A stretch of 63,853 nt of DNA, the filler included, from Licmophora abbreviata (taxonomy: Eukaryota): NCBI GenBank assembly GCA_900291995.1. It is 34 parts of 34 records of this genome, joined end to end, with 100 filler letters (N's around TTAATTAATTAA, not from the genome) between each part and the next. Parts side by side here need not be neighbours in the genome. Positions count along the whole stretch, not along the records: positions 1 to 1,943 come from OLMU01005746.1; positions 2,044 to 3,917 come from OLMU01005747.1; positions 4,018 to 5,184 come from OLMU01005749.1; positions 5,285 to 7,396 come from OLMU01005750.1; positions 7,497 to 9,144 come from OLMU01005752.1; positions 9,245 to 10,594 come from OLMU01005753.1; positions 10,695 to 12,698 come from OLMU01005754.1; 27 more parts are not named here. One strand, given 5' to 3'. Position 1 is the first letter of the stretch; each line of letters begins with the position of its first letter. Positions 1 through 10,907 of the stretch are shown here, piece by piece. The position numbers and the translations under genes were made by a program. Under the pieces are notes generated by a model that was not told where the DNA came from, made no database searches, and worked only from the letters and a program-made list of their open reading frames with translations.

Positions 1-420
1 TCGATTCCATATGCGTTGTACATAAAGATGCTCCGTGACATTTTTGTGTCGTTGCTGAATCCTTCGCGGTCCCTCTTGAAACCAGTGCTTGTATCGTGTG
101 AATGCATTCTCCACGCGTATGGCGGGAAAGCACTCTTGCAAGAGATTCGTGGCAAAGTTCGTTCCGGAGTGGCGTTCGCCAAGGAGAATGATCCGTGAAA
201 AGTTTTTCAGTGAGGATCCAATAGCAGTAGACGAGGACCGATTGGATACGAAAGGTGATAATGGCAGTGCAGGAAGGAAATTCATGGACTTGATCAAGGC
301 GACCGCAGTGAACCCCGCCGTCACCATCATCAGGACGAGAGCTGCCACTGATGTTGTTGTTCTTCGCGGCCGCCCTCGGCGCGTTTTCTTGGATGTGGCT
401 CCTTTCTCGCGATATTTCAT
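1..420 (-). CDS. Type II membrane sulfotransferase-like protein, 5' part (runs off window start; absent from ORF track)
   Basis: Manual translation from ATG at 420: MKYREKG...VAALVLMMVTAGFTAVALIK (TM)...IILLGERHSGTNFATNLLQECF...RYKHWFQ. GERHSGTN resembles a 5'-PAPS-binding loop. No stop before base 1. Confidence 0.65.
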   Translation of the reverse strand, partial: MKYREKGATSKKTRRGRPRRTTTSVAALVLMMVTAGFTAVALIKSMNFLPALPLSPFVSNRSSSTAIGSSLKNFSRIILLGERHSGTNFATNLLQECFPAIRVENAFTRYKHWFQEGPRRIQQRHKNVTEHLYVQRIWNR

Positions 421-805
421 CTATCTGTACATCTGTTCTCTAGTTAGAATACAACATGAAGGAATCGTCAACATTTCAGTCCCTGACGATGATGTTAGGC
501 TCATCTCCGACGATGCCGTGACAATCTGAGAACCACACAACCGAGTTTGAAACGTCATTTGTACTTACGAGGACCGATACGTGCATACCTGGAAGGAAGA
601 GCTCGAGTAGACCTCGTATTGTCACTGGACTTTGATGAAAATGACCAATGACTCGTTCAAATAGAGCAGTCACGAGTCAGAAGTCGACGACCGCGGGTTC
701 AAACGGGTGCGCGGCCACACTGAAGTCTTTTGTTGCTAGGAGAGGTGGCCATTGTTGCTCGCCTTCTTGCAATCGCCCTTGTAACGTTCTTTGCTGCTGA
801 TGACC

Positions 806-1943
806 ATGAGCGAAGACGATCAGTACGTCCCCAGGAATATCTTTCTGACGGGAGGCGCCGGTACGTTGAGACAGAGAGAGACGTTTCGACGGTGTGCGGC
901 GAAATCTCTGTAATGCTCACACTATGACTCCTTCATATGTTCTCTGCTCCTCAGGGTTTATTGCCTCCCATGTGGCCATTCTGCTGGCCAAAAAGTATCC
1001 TCAGTACAATGTGATTGTCTACGACAAGCTGGATTACTGCTCGTGCCTGGCAAACCTCGACGAAGTCATGGACTTGCCAAACTTCACCTTCGTCAAGGGC
1101 GACATCACCAGTCCCGACCTTGTCTCCTACGTGTTCAAGGAGCAGAAGATCGACACGGTCATGCACTTCGCTGCACAGACGCACGTCGATAACTCCTTCG
1201 GAAACTCCTTCGCGTTCACGCATTCCAACATTTACGGCACGCACGTCCTCCTCGAGTCGGCCAAGTGCTGTCCCACCATTCGACGCTTCATTCACGTCTC
1301 GACTGACGAAGTTTACGGCGAAGGAGAAGACTTTGAGACGGACCCAATGTCGGAAGAGCATGTCCTGGAGCCCACCAACCCCTACGCAGCTACCAAGGCT
1401 GGAGCCGAGTTCCTCGTCAAGTCCTACTTCCGCTCTTTCAAGCTCCCTGTGCTCATCACACGTGGAAACAATGTCTACGGCCCCCACCAGTTCCCAGAGA
1501 AGATCATTCCCAAGTTCACCAACCAGATCATGAAGGACATCCCTCTCACCATCCACGGTGACGGCAGTAACACTCGTAACTTCCTCTACGTCACGGACGT
1601 CGCCAACGCCTTCGATGTCATTCTCCACAAGGGTGCACCGGGACACGTCTACAACATTGGAGGCTGCAACGAAATCCCCAACATTGACGTTGCCCGCGAG
1701 TTGCTCAAGGTCTTTGGACGGGACGGAGAGGAGGAAAAGTGGATTCAGTTCGTGCCGGATCGAAAGTTTAACGATCTTCGCTATACCATCAACAGTAGCA
1801 AACTCCACCAATTGGGATGGAAGGAGGAAATGTCGTGGGAGGAAGGTTTGAAGACGACCGTCGAGTGGTACAAGAAGTACACGTTCGCGATATGGCAACA
1901 TTGACGCTGACGCTGGAGGCGCATCCTCGTATTCTCAGTACTA
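806..1943 (+). CDS. NDP-glucose 4,6-dehydratase (RmlB/RHM N-terminal type, extended SDR); 2 exons, 3' end frameshifted/truncated
   Basis: Exon 1 806-860 MSEDDQYVPRNIFLTGGAG, GT-AG intron 861-954, then GFIASH. Motifs HFAAQTHVDNSF, HVSTDEVYG, YAATK, RGNNVYGPHQFPEK. Confidence 0.93.
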
Positions 1944-2043
1944 NNNNNNNNNNNNNNNNNNNNNNNNNNNNNNNNNNNNNNNNNNNNTTAATTAATTAAN
2001 NNNNNNNNNNNNNNNNNNNNNNNNNNNNNNNNNNNNNNNNNNN
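1944..2043. other. Artificial contig linker N44-TTAATTAATTAA-N44 (first of 33 identical linkers)
   Basis: Identical 100-bp spacer with stops in all six frames, starting at 1944, 3918, 5185, 7397, 9145, 10595, 12699, 14640, 15816, 17661, 19116, 20485, 22120, 24915, 26235, 27704, 29876, 31210, 33049, 34996, 36684, 38028, 41653, 43676, 45317, 47250, 48613, 49800, 53072, 54177, 56806, 58968, 62635. Confidence 0.99.
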
Positions 2044-2257
2044 CGCCAATGATGCTGACAAGATATCCGAGGCGGCGTCGGCTTCTCCGCAGAAAGTTGC
2101 AACACAGAATGGACACTAAGGGAGACAGATGAATATGTGTCACGACTGTATGCTAGTAAAAGCTCTAGACAGTCGCCAGCAAGAATTAACAGTCATTATC
2201 GCATGCACGGCCTCAACTAGATCTGTTTCTTTGTCGCATACATCACTTTGCCATAGA

Positions 2258-3820
2258 CTAGAGTACATTTGATTGCGCTGTTGCTTTGTCCCACCAGCTT
2301 CGCGAACACATCTCCGTCAGACGACTGGCAGCACGTCGGAACGCAAAAGACAATTCGCGGACACTAGCAAGCTCTCCGACGGATCGTCCTGTACTCTGCG
2401 CAGCATCAATACCAAACATCTCGCCCACCTTGGTTTCAATGCTATCAGGATCTGGCGCCTTTTGCGAAATGTGACGATCGACAAAGAGGTGCGATGGGTC
2501 AGCGATAGCCGAACAGACCAAGGCGCACTTTCCTTCGTATAGCTCATCAATGAGCGTAATGAATCTTCGGGCTTGATCGTGTTCCGTAAGTGTCAACAGT
2601 GGTATCCGTTCCACGATGACGACGGAAAACTGTTCCGCGATGGCGCGGTAGTCAGAGGATCCCAGCTCGCGATCGCAAAGGTCGTCGAACTGAAAGCGAC
2701 CCACGAGCATCCCATTGGGATGTGCTTGGGGGACCGAGATAGAGCGATTGAAATTCACTGCCAGATTCATGGCAATGGGGGGCATTCCGCCCAAAAGACC
2801 GTCAAAGATCGAGTCGATGGTTTCCCTAGAGTCTTCGAATGTGCCGCTGTCGACGAGAAAACAATCTTGCATCTCTTGCGACATCAGTTGTCGATAGTCG
2901 GTTTCCGATTGAATCTCGTGTATAATACAATACTTGCGTAATAGGTCGATAAACGGAAGAAAGTAGCTTCTGTTGAGACCCCCTTCGTATAAATCCGACG
3001 GGGGCCGATTTGATGTGGCCACCACAATGGTGCCATGCTGAAAAAGCACTTCAAAGAGCTGCTTCATGATGAGCGCATCCGCCACATCTGTCACTTGGAA
3101 TTCGTCAAAGCATAATACGGATACTTCCTTTGCCAGCTGCTTGGCCACACGTGTTATGGGATTACGATTGATACTCGTGTCGACATGAAAGTCCCTACCG
3201 TTGGTAGACAAGTCGTGTTGTTTGAGTTGATGTATTCTGGCGTGTACGTCTTGCAGAAAGGAGTGAAAGTGAACTCGTCGCTTGCGTTCAATCTGTACAT
3301 GCGCGTAGAAGAGATCCATGAGCATACTCTTGCCCGTGCCGACATGGCCATGTAGGAACAGACCACGAGGGACACGAATGTCTGGTTTCTCGTCAAGTAA
3401 TTCATCCGCGGAGGCGTCATTCGTCCGATTGAAACAGATTTGCTCCTTCATCTCCAAAATCTCATTTGAAGTTTCTCTTTTCTTTTTCAGCTCTTCTTCT
3501 TGTTTTCTTTTCTCTTCTATCCAGCGTATTAGAGGCTCGTTGGAATACCCGACCAGAGCTTCTTGCAGTCGGTTGAGTCGACGTGCGGCTACGGCCTGTG
3601 CATGGTCATCGCGAAGACATCCTAGCTCAATTCTCTTTTGTAATACCATCGATACTTGCTGACCTTTCGACGAAAATGTAGAAGTAGAGAAAACAGCCGC
3701 AGAGACGGTAGGCATGTGCTGCTTGACTGCGAATCTCATCGTACTCAGCAACAGTTGAGGTCGGCAAGTGAGTGTCAATATTCGTCTGGAGAGCATATTT
3801 ATTGTTCCGTCAAACTTCAC
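2258..3820 (-). CDS. AFG1: AFG1/LACE1/ZapE-family mitochondrial AAA+ ATPase
   Basis: PRGLFLHGHVGTGKSMLMDLF (Walker A), RRVHFHSF, LCFDEFQVTDVADA (Walker B), TSNRPPSDLYEGGLNR, ARRFITLIDELY, FAFRRAASRLTEM. Arg-rich presequence; true start probably an ATG near 3796. Confidence 0.93.
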   Translation of the reverse strand: MKFDGTINMLSRRILTLTCRPQLLLSTMRFAVKQHMPTVSAAVFSTSTFSSKGQQVSMVLQKRIELGCLRDDHAQAVAARRLNRLQEALVGYSNEPLIRWIEEKRKQEEELKKKRETSNEILEMKEQICFNRTNDASADELLDEKPDIRVPRGLFLHGHVGTGKSMLMDLFYAHVQIERKRRVHFHSFLQDVHARIHQLKQHDLSTNGRDFHVDTSINRNPITRVAKQLAKEVSVLCFDEFQVTDVADALIMKQLFEVLFQHGTIVVATSNRPPSDLYEGGLNRSYFLPFIDLLRKYCIIHEIQSETDYRQLMSQEMQDCFLVDSGTFEDSRETIDSIFDGLLGGMPPIAMNLAVNFNRSISVPQAHPNGMLVGRFQFDDLCDRELGSSDYRAIAEQFSVVIVERIPLLTLTEHDQARRFITLIDELYEGKCALVCSAIADPSHLFVDRHISQKAPDPDSIETKVGEMFGIDAAQSTGRSVGELASVRELSFAFRRAASRLTEMCSRSWWDKATAQSNVL

Positions 3821-4017
3821 ACGGCATAGGAGAACTCAATGGAATTGGGAAGTCGGAACACTCCTCAACGTATCCTCATTTAATCTGCTAACGTCGCATC
3901 GCTGGAGTATGATCACANNNNNNNNNNNNNNNNNNNNNNNNNNNNNNNNNNNNNNNNNNNNTTAATTAATTAANNNNNNNNNNNNNNNNNNNNNNNNNNN
4001 NNNNNNNNNNNNNNNNN

Positions 4018-4783
4018 GGTCTGTTCCAGTTAGATGAATATGCGAAAACGCAACGGGCGCAAATCGCCATTCAGCATTATCCATGGTACCATTGTCATCA
4101 GCCCCCACTTGCTCATTGATCTTGGGAGGAGCACCTTTGTAGAAATGACCCTCTCGCCGCTGGATGCGATCCGCAGCGTCTTCCTCGCTTGTGTCCACCA
4201 GTGCCCAGACAGCACGCGGGAATCTTTCGCGAAAAGTGTCTCGTAAGTCCGTGTTGACAAAACTAAACGAAACTAAAGCAGCGACAGTTGAATCCGTTCC
4301 AGCTTGTCGCTCTTCGATCTTCCGATCTACGTAATCACACATTTCGAGCGCAAACCGCTGTCGTTCTGCAAGCGTCGGATATTTGCCCATCGCAAAGTTG
4401 TCGCGCATCCATTGTGGGATACAAATATCCAGGTCAAGACCAACATAATCATACGTTATCGCAGAAGATCTGCCTTCTGCTTCAAGAATCTCCAGTGCTT
4501 TGTCTGCAATCGAAGTTTTCCCGCTACCGGGCCGGCCGAAGCAAACAATCATAGGGTGTTGAGCTGATGATGTCATTCTCAGTTGTTGTGTCGTACAGGA
4601 GTTCCATCTCTGGCCTGATTTCCAAGCTGTTAACGCACATTCAGCACATTGAAGCAGGGTAAGTATGCAGAGCGGACACAAGAGTAGTAACCGTCGCTTG
4701 TACGCCACCATCGTCGATGCCGCAGATATTGTGGATGAACAGAAGCGCGGTTCCAAGCATCGACGACGCGGTAGACATATCAC
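4018..4783 (-). CDS. Gluconokinase/shikimate-kinase-like P-loop kinase, 3' truncated
   Basis: CFGRPGSGKTS P-loop, DLD motif, YPTLAERQRF and RIQRREGHFYK lid typical of GntK-like kinases. Hydrophobic signal-like N-terminus. Confidence 0.6.
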
Positions 4784-5103
4784 TCGCGTTTCTACGGCGT
4801 AAACTTCAACTTGGGTATCTTTTCAGAGTCCGTCCATCGCCCGTCAAATGGAACAACCGCCTTTGAACTTGGCAAGCCCACCCTGACGCAGCGAGACGAG
4901 GAACGCTCTCATTCCCCCACCTAATGTTGCCTCAGAGACTTGATCGTACTTTCTGAGAAGAGAGCAGGGATGTGACTAGCACGAGCTGTTTCCAGCTCGA
5001 GGACAATCGAGAGCCGATGTGAGGAGCTATTTTCAACTTGTTATTGTGTTCGCCTACGCCAAAGCTAGTCTTGTAACTTGGATGCCACCCAGCTTTCCAG
5101 CGC

Positions 5104-5516
5104 TTACTTCTTGAGTCCGCTCAAGAAAACACCAACACCTCCAGTGACAACAGAAAGAGGAACAAGCAAAAGACCAGCAACCACNNNNNNNNNNNNNNNN
5201 NNNNNNNNNNNNNNNNNNNNNNNNNNNNTTAATTAATTAANNNNNNNNNNNNNNNNNNNNNNNNNNNNNNNNNNNNNNNNNNNNCCTTGCGGTTCAAAAA
5301 GGAGTTGTCGTCAATGCTCTGCACCCACTGCTTGTAGTTGGCCTCTCCGCGAATCACGTCGGGTGTGTTGGCGTACGAGTCTTCGGCAAAGTCAAATCCG
5401 AAACTCTCCGAAAGAGACGTCGATGGACGACTCACAAACGACTTGGCTGGCGGCACCACATAGGCGGAAGCAGCACCGAGAAGAGCAAGAACAAGGAACT
5501 TGGTAAGGGATGCCAT
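5104..5516 (-). CDS. Plastid-targeted membrane protein (DUF1118-like), split by a linker
   Basis: MASLTKFLVLALLGAASA-YV signal + Ser-rich transit peptide, then ESFGFDFAEDSYANTPDVIRGEANYKQW. Hydrophobic C-terminus VVAGLLLVPLSVVTGGVGVFLSGLKK* at 5104-5184 on the preceding contig. Confidence 0.6.
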
Positions 5517-5830
5517 GGTTGCTGCGGGTCGTCGAGCACACACAATCGAATGGCAAGTCTCGTCGCTCTTTCCCTCATCTTGGCAAAAAGGCGGGAAGTC
5601 AACGCTACGTAGAGATCTCGTAGAGAACGTACTGAGAGTTGACCACGTACTTGTCCTTTCGCCGCGCGAATTTGAGATTTCCGCGCTGACAATTCCTGTA
5701 CGTCACCCGCTCTCGCCGAGACGACGAGAAAGGACGGCTAGTTACAACACTCACTATAGCGTTCGTCGTCTGCTTTGTTCATTTTCTACATTTAGACCCG
5801 ATGAATGACTAATAAATAGCATGGCACATC

Positions 5831-6640
5831 TCAACCACAAATTCGCATCCATTCTTCTCGTCCAATGCCCGGTCGGAAGTCGTCTCGAAAGTCTTGCCAA
5901 TCGATTCCGTCAATGACCCAAGCTCCATCCGAAGATCGTTTCCGTAAATCCCATCCCATGACTACCAGTAGCCGATTATCTCCCTTCTTTCGGAGTCGAC
6001 ATTCCAACCAGCAGGTACCATCTTCAAAGTCGAGCGTGTCGCTCGGAAAGGTCATTTCAAATTCTTCGGCATCATCCGCATTGACCAAGATTCCAAACTG
6101 GTTCTTGGGCCGCGCTATGGCACTTCCCAAGGCCGACGCAATAACTTCCTCGGGTGCTTCCTCGGGCGCGCCAATCATGGTACAAATGCGACGGTGCCAC
6201 GAGGACGTGGACGCGCGCAGCAGCAATCGAAAGCCCGAATCGGGGAGTGGGTCGTAGGGATCCTGGAGTCCTTGCAGTACCTTTTCGACAAATTCTTGAG
6301 CGGATAAGGACGGATCGGGGACACGTTTGCTTTCTTGATCCAGCAAGTCGCATCGCATTTCGTGGATGCGACGATACAAGAGTTCCTTGTCGCTGTCGAC
6401 AGTGTCGCGACGGGAATTCTCATCGCTGTTGGGGCCAGTCGCGTATAGGCAAGGTAAAAATAAGGCATCCCGTGTGCTTTCGGTACTAGATGAAGAACGA
6501 CGAGTAGTTCGAAGAAAGGATGGGGTTACAAAGGAAGAAGTCGAGCATGGAAGACTGAGCACCATCAACGACGAGAACGTCAACACGAAGCCAAAGCGAA
6601 CCTTCGAAGAACTCATGCTGTTCTTGTTTCGAATTCTCAA
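5831..6640 (-). CDS. Conserved-looking hypothetical protein, probably plastid-targeted
   Basis: 269-aa ORF with signal (FGFVLTFSSLMVLSLPCSTSS-FV), Ser/Arg transit region and a globular C-terminus (PYDPLPDSGFRLL...WQDFRDDFRPGIGREEWMRICG). Confidence 0.7.
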   Translation of the reverse strand: MRIRNKNSMSSSKVRFGFVLTFSSLMVLSLPCSTSSFVTPSFLRTTRRSSSSTESTRDALFLPCLYATGPNSDENSRRDTVDSDKELLYRRIHEMRCDLLDQESKRVPDPSLSAQEFVEKVLQGLQDPYDPLPDSGFRLLLRASTSSWHRRICTMIGAPEEAPEEVIASALGSAIARPKNQFGILVNADDAEEFEMTFPSDTLDFEDGTCWLECRLRKKGDNRLLVVMGWDLRKRSSDGAWVIDGIDWQDFRDDFRPGIGREEWMRICG

Positions 6641-7109
6641 GTACCAAGCCGGGGGGCGGAGGAAATGTTTCCTTTTTTACAAAAAGAATTCAAAGATCAA
6701 TCGCACACCAAGTAGTGTCAGGGTGGCGCAGCGAAGCAATCGATCACTCGATGGTGCGGATGCTTCGCTTTGTGACTTGATGTTCTGTGGGTCGAGTCGA
6801 TTGCTTCTTTCCAGCTTTTCTCGAAGGGTGACGCGCCGGTCCAAATTTCCAATGCCAAAGTGTGTAAGTATAAAACGTGATGACATTTTGGAAAACACTG
6901 GAATCAGGAATCATCAATCTTCATCATCTTCATCGTTCAGCTCTTTCGAAACAACACGTCGCAGTGTTCACGCGTCACCCGTCACAAGTTGTCACAAAGA
7001 TCGACCATGATGTGATGGTGGACGGCGGCGGCGTCCTTGTTTGCTGTTCTCATAATAATATACCGGCGCTTAGGCCTTGTAGAACTGAAACCATACACAC
7101 GTGAGTCCC

Positions 7110-7396
7110 ATGTCCCTTGAAAGACCTCGCTTCACTTCTACGGAGAAGAAGACTTTCACACGCTCGAAAGCATCCATTCGGCTCGTCCGCTTCGTTTTGA
7201 GTTCTTGTCTTAGTGCGATCATCCTGGCACCACCCTCCAGCTGCACGGCATTAGCATTTCTCACACCATCTCATCAGAGCACTGCTTCATTTCGACTTTC
7301 ACGCCGCAAGGTGACTACGACTGCATCCTTGATCATGTCCTCCTCTTCCGACACTGCCCATGTCGTCGTGGTAGGCTCGGCCAATCAAGACTTGAC
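7110..7396 (+). CDS. PfkB/ribokinase-family kinase, N-terminal fragment with plastid-type leader
   Basis: Signal ending ALA-FL, then MSSSSDTAHVVVVGSANQDL (ribokinase VVVVGS.N.DL start). Cut by linker. Confidence 0.7.
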
Positions 7397-7551
7397 NNNN
7401 NNNNNNNNNNNNNNNNNNNNNNNNNNNNNNNNNNNNNNNNTTAATTAATTAANNNNNNNNNNNNNNNNNNNNNNNNNNNNNNNNNNNNNNNNNNNNCTAT
7501 TAGAAAGTCTCTACAATTAGATAAATGGTAGTGATCAATCAATCGCAGATG

Positions 7552-8982
7552 TTACAGCTCGCTCACTTCGTCTGCGTCACTGATTTCAATTGCATATTGC
7601 ACGAGTTCGACTTCGGCGAATAGCTGCTGTCTTGTCGAGTCTGAGGCATCTACAGCTTGGTCATTGAGAATATCTGATCGACTCACGTCGCTTAGACAAG
7701 CGAGGAATATAACAAGCATGGCTTCCTCAGGTCGAAGGCAAAGCGTCCGCGACAGGTTATTCCTACAGTCTTGGTGTACAGCAGGGAACGAGGGTTCCGG
7801 CGGAATCAACTGATCTATCAGGTTTCGTACTGCTTGGACCACAGCTGTTTCATTGGGATTCATAGGCGACAGCTGTGGTTCCAGGATCTCCCAAACGTAA
7901 GTTGCCTTTTCTCCTGCCTGCGTCCAATACCAGACAATATCCTTCCATCGGATCTCGCGTCCACCGTCACTTCGCACCGAGGACACAAAATGTTTGAACT
8001 CGCGTCGAACCTGACTCTGGCTCATTTTCGAGCGAAACAGGATTGATACAGGCAGGTTGGGGTGTTCATCCTCGTTTTCACAGGACAAGAGTGCAAAGCC
8101 ACGAGATCGTCCTGTTTCAGAGTCAATAGGCTGCATAGCCTCAAAGAGCAAGGGGAGTTTCACCCAATGTGCGCCGTACTTGAATCGAGCAGTATCTAGA
8201 ATAAGAACAGAATCCGATGCAGCGTCGTACCCGGCTACCGGTGAGAAATGTCCACTACCAGTCTGTTGCAACACTTTTCGAGAGTACGACACAATCAGCA
8301 CTGAGGGCGGTTCGAGTTCACTGTTTTCGTGCTCTTCCACCTCAACGCATGCTTCCCTGACGGCCGCTCGAAAGGCGTCAAGGGAGGATTCGTCGGCCCA
8401 CTGTGCATTGACTCGAAGACCCTGACAGCGGGCAAGGCAGACAAATTGCTTGAGGGTTATGCCGGTGGTCTTCATGTCTTCCAAGTCGACACAGCAGTTC
8501 AGCATCGTGTCATCGTACCACCGCCAAGGGCCCTTCCATGTGCGTCTAGGATCAACGTTCAGGGCGTTCAATGCAATGACGAGCGTACCGACACCACAAT
8601 AAGCTGGTTCGCCTTGGGTCGAGCTGAAGGAGCAAGGAAGTTATATCAGTTATGAGCGACAAAGCGTACTGGATCGCTTTAAATTGCACGACTGTCGTTC
8701 TTACAATTGTTCCATGAGCGAAAAGAATGATTTGAGTCCTTTGTTGGCGAGCGCGGACTCGAAGTGGACCCGACCGTTCCTGGATGCGAAGGCTGTGCAT
8801 GTGTCAGGAAGCGGACGCCGATAGAACGTCTGCCGAGCTGGAGGATCCACTGATAACGAGGGAAGACTCATGGCCGAACAATATGAGTGGGATATGCGGG
8901 AAAGACCCAGTAGAGCAGCAATGAAGACCGCCGAAACGAAGTTATGAGTAACTTGACCAGCTTTTGACACAGCGAGCTTCAT
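7552..8982 (-). CDS. PCS: Phytochelatin synthase (2 exons; intron 8624-8704)
   Basis: FYRRPLP; spliced F-STQGEPAYCG (catalytic Cys); LNALNVDPRRTWKGPWRWY; QTGSGHFSPVAGY (His); LILDTARFKY (Asp). Confidence 0.93.
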
Positions 8983-9244
8983 TCAGATCGATCAGAGGAT
9001 AGGTTTCGCACGAGCTCCTCTGGGTATAGCCTACTCGACGCAGGGCGCCAGATTGGTCTTCTGGTCCTGGGGACAGTTTCATCGAAGGTCTACGATGAAG
9101 ACGATCGATGTATTTGCATCACACAAACTGACGACAAGAGGGCGNNNNNNNNNNNNNNNNNNNNNNNNNNNNNNNNNNNNNNNNNNNNTTAATTAATTAA
9201 NNNNNNNNNNNNNNNNNNNNNNNNNNNNNNNNNNNNNNNNNNNN

Positions 9245-10588
9245 GGCCGGCCCTTCGCTGCCGTCAGGTTGGAGACCAAACATGACTGATCCAATTTCGG
9301 CTCCCCGCACACCACCAACAAGATACAAGGCATTGTTCAAGGCCCATGCTGGATATTGATCGTTCGGGATGTGCTGCAACATGGCTCGTGCGTCAATGTA
9401 GATCGCGTGCCCGCCTGTTGGACGGACAATCGGGACGTCGGCAGCCGTCAGCTTTTCTCCCACGTATGCAATCGAGCGAATGCGATATCGGAGATAGCTT
9501 GGATCCAATGCCTCGTATAACCCAAGTGCCACGGCCTCCAAGTCGTAACCCGCCATTCCTCCATAGGTCGGAAAGCCTTCCGTCAGTATCTCGAGGTTCT
9601 GGCACTGTGACGACATGTCATCATCATTCAACGCAAGAAAGCCGCCCATGTTAGACATCCCATCCTTCTTGGCACTCATGGTACACCCGTCAGCGTACGA
9701 AAACATTTCTCGGGCAATGTCGATTGGAAGTTTGTCTGCGTAGCCCGCTTCGCGCTCGTGGATGAACCATGCATTCTCCGCAAATCGACACGCGTCCAAA
9801 ATGAGCAGCAAGCCATAGCTGTGCGCAACTTGGCTGACCATTCGAATGTTTTCCATAGCAACAGGCTGACCACCGCCGGAATTGTTTGTGATCGTCAGCA
9901 TCACAAAGGGAATCTTGTCGACTCCAACTCGTTCGATCGCTTCCTTCAGCCGGTGTACATCCATGTTTCCTTTGAAGGGATGCTCCGACTCGGGATGATG
10001 CCCCTCTTCAATCACCAAATCCAAAGCCTCAGCGCCTCGATGCTGCACATGCGCCCGTGTCGTGTCAAAGTGAGTATTATTGGGCACCACCATGCCGGGA
10101 GACACTGCCGCCGTCATGAGAATGTGTTCCGCCGCGCGACCCTGATGGGTCGGAAGAACGTGACGATAGTTGCCAAAGATGTCTCGGACGGAAGCTTCAA
10201 AGCGAGCAAAAGATGCCGCGCCCGCATAGCTTTCGTCACTCTGTATCATGCCAGCCCACTGCGAGGATGACATGGCGCCTGTCCCACTATCAGTCAACAA
10301 GTCCATCAAGACATCGCTGGCGGAGAGCAGGAAAGGATTGTACCCTGCATTCCTTAGGGCCTCCCTTCGATACTCTGCTGTTGTGAAGTGAAGAGGCTCA
10401 ACGGAACGAATGCGAAAGGGCTCGATGATGGTTCGATAGTCCGGTGGTTCCAGTTTCGGAGACGTGCTGGAAGTCGACGTCGACATGATTGATGAGGAGC
10501 GAAATGCATGGATCGAACGGCAAGGACGACTTTCCAAGCCAACTTGCGAGCAGACCCTTCGAATCATCTTTGAATGTACCAAGAACAT
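9245..10588 (-). CDS. tnaA: Tryptophanase (PLP beta-eliminating lyase), 3' truncated
   Basis: EPFRIRSVEP, DLLTDSGTGAMS, PTHQGRAAE, HFDTTR, FKGNMD, ITNNSGGGQPV, MSAKKD (PLP Lys), EGFPTYGG. SAKKD and FDTT favour TnaA over tyrosine phenol-lyase (SGKKD, FTTT). Confidence 0.88.
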
Positions 10589-10907
10589 GGTTCGNNNNNN
10601 NNNNNNNNNNNNNNNNNNNNNNNNNNNNNNNNNNNNNNTTAATTAATTAANNNNNNNNNNNNNNNNNNNNNNNNNNNNNNNNNNNNNNNNNNNNATTCAA
10701 ACTCAATACTTCGGACTGCATCCTCGTATTCTGTACCTCTTCCAGTCTACCGGTACTCCGCGGCACATGCTGCAACATACTTTGGGCAACGCAACGTCTT
10801 GTCTCCTGTGGAGCCGCCTGTGGCTTCATCCAAACGATATAGACGAGAAGTGCAGCACTGCTCGCACCTGTCACCTTTGTCAAGAACGGATCGGACAGAA
10901 GAGAGCC

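Noticed and set aside
951..1901. 316-aa antisense ORF, and similar ones at 17812-18567 and 60475-61095
   Set aside because: Shadow frames of well-supported genes, expected from codon bias; no motifs of their own.
1875..1943. Apparent frameshifts at the dehydratase 3' end (RYGNID and LEAHPR in shifted frames) as recoding or pseudogene
   Set aside because: They lie in the last 70 bp of a contig where indel errors are likely; no slippery site, and the rest of the gene is intact.
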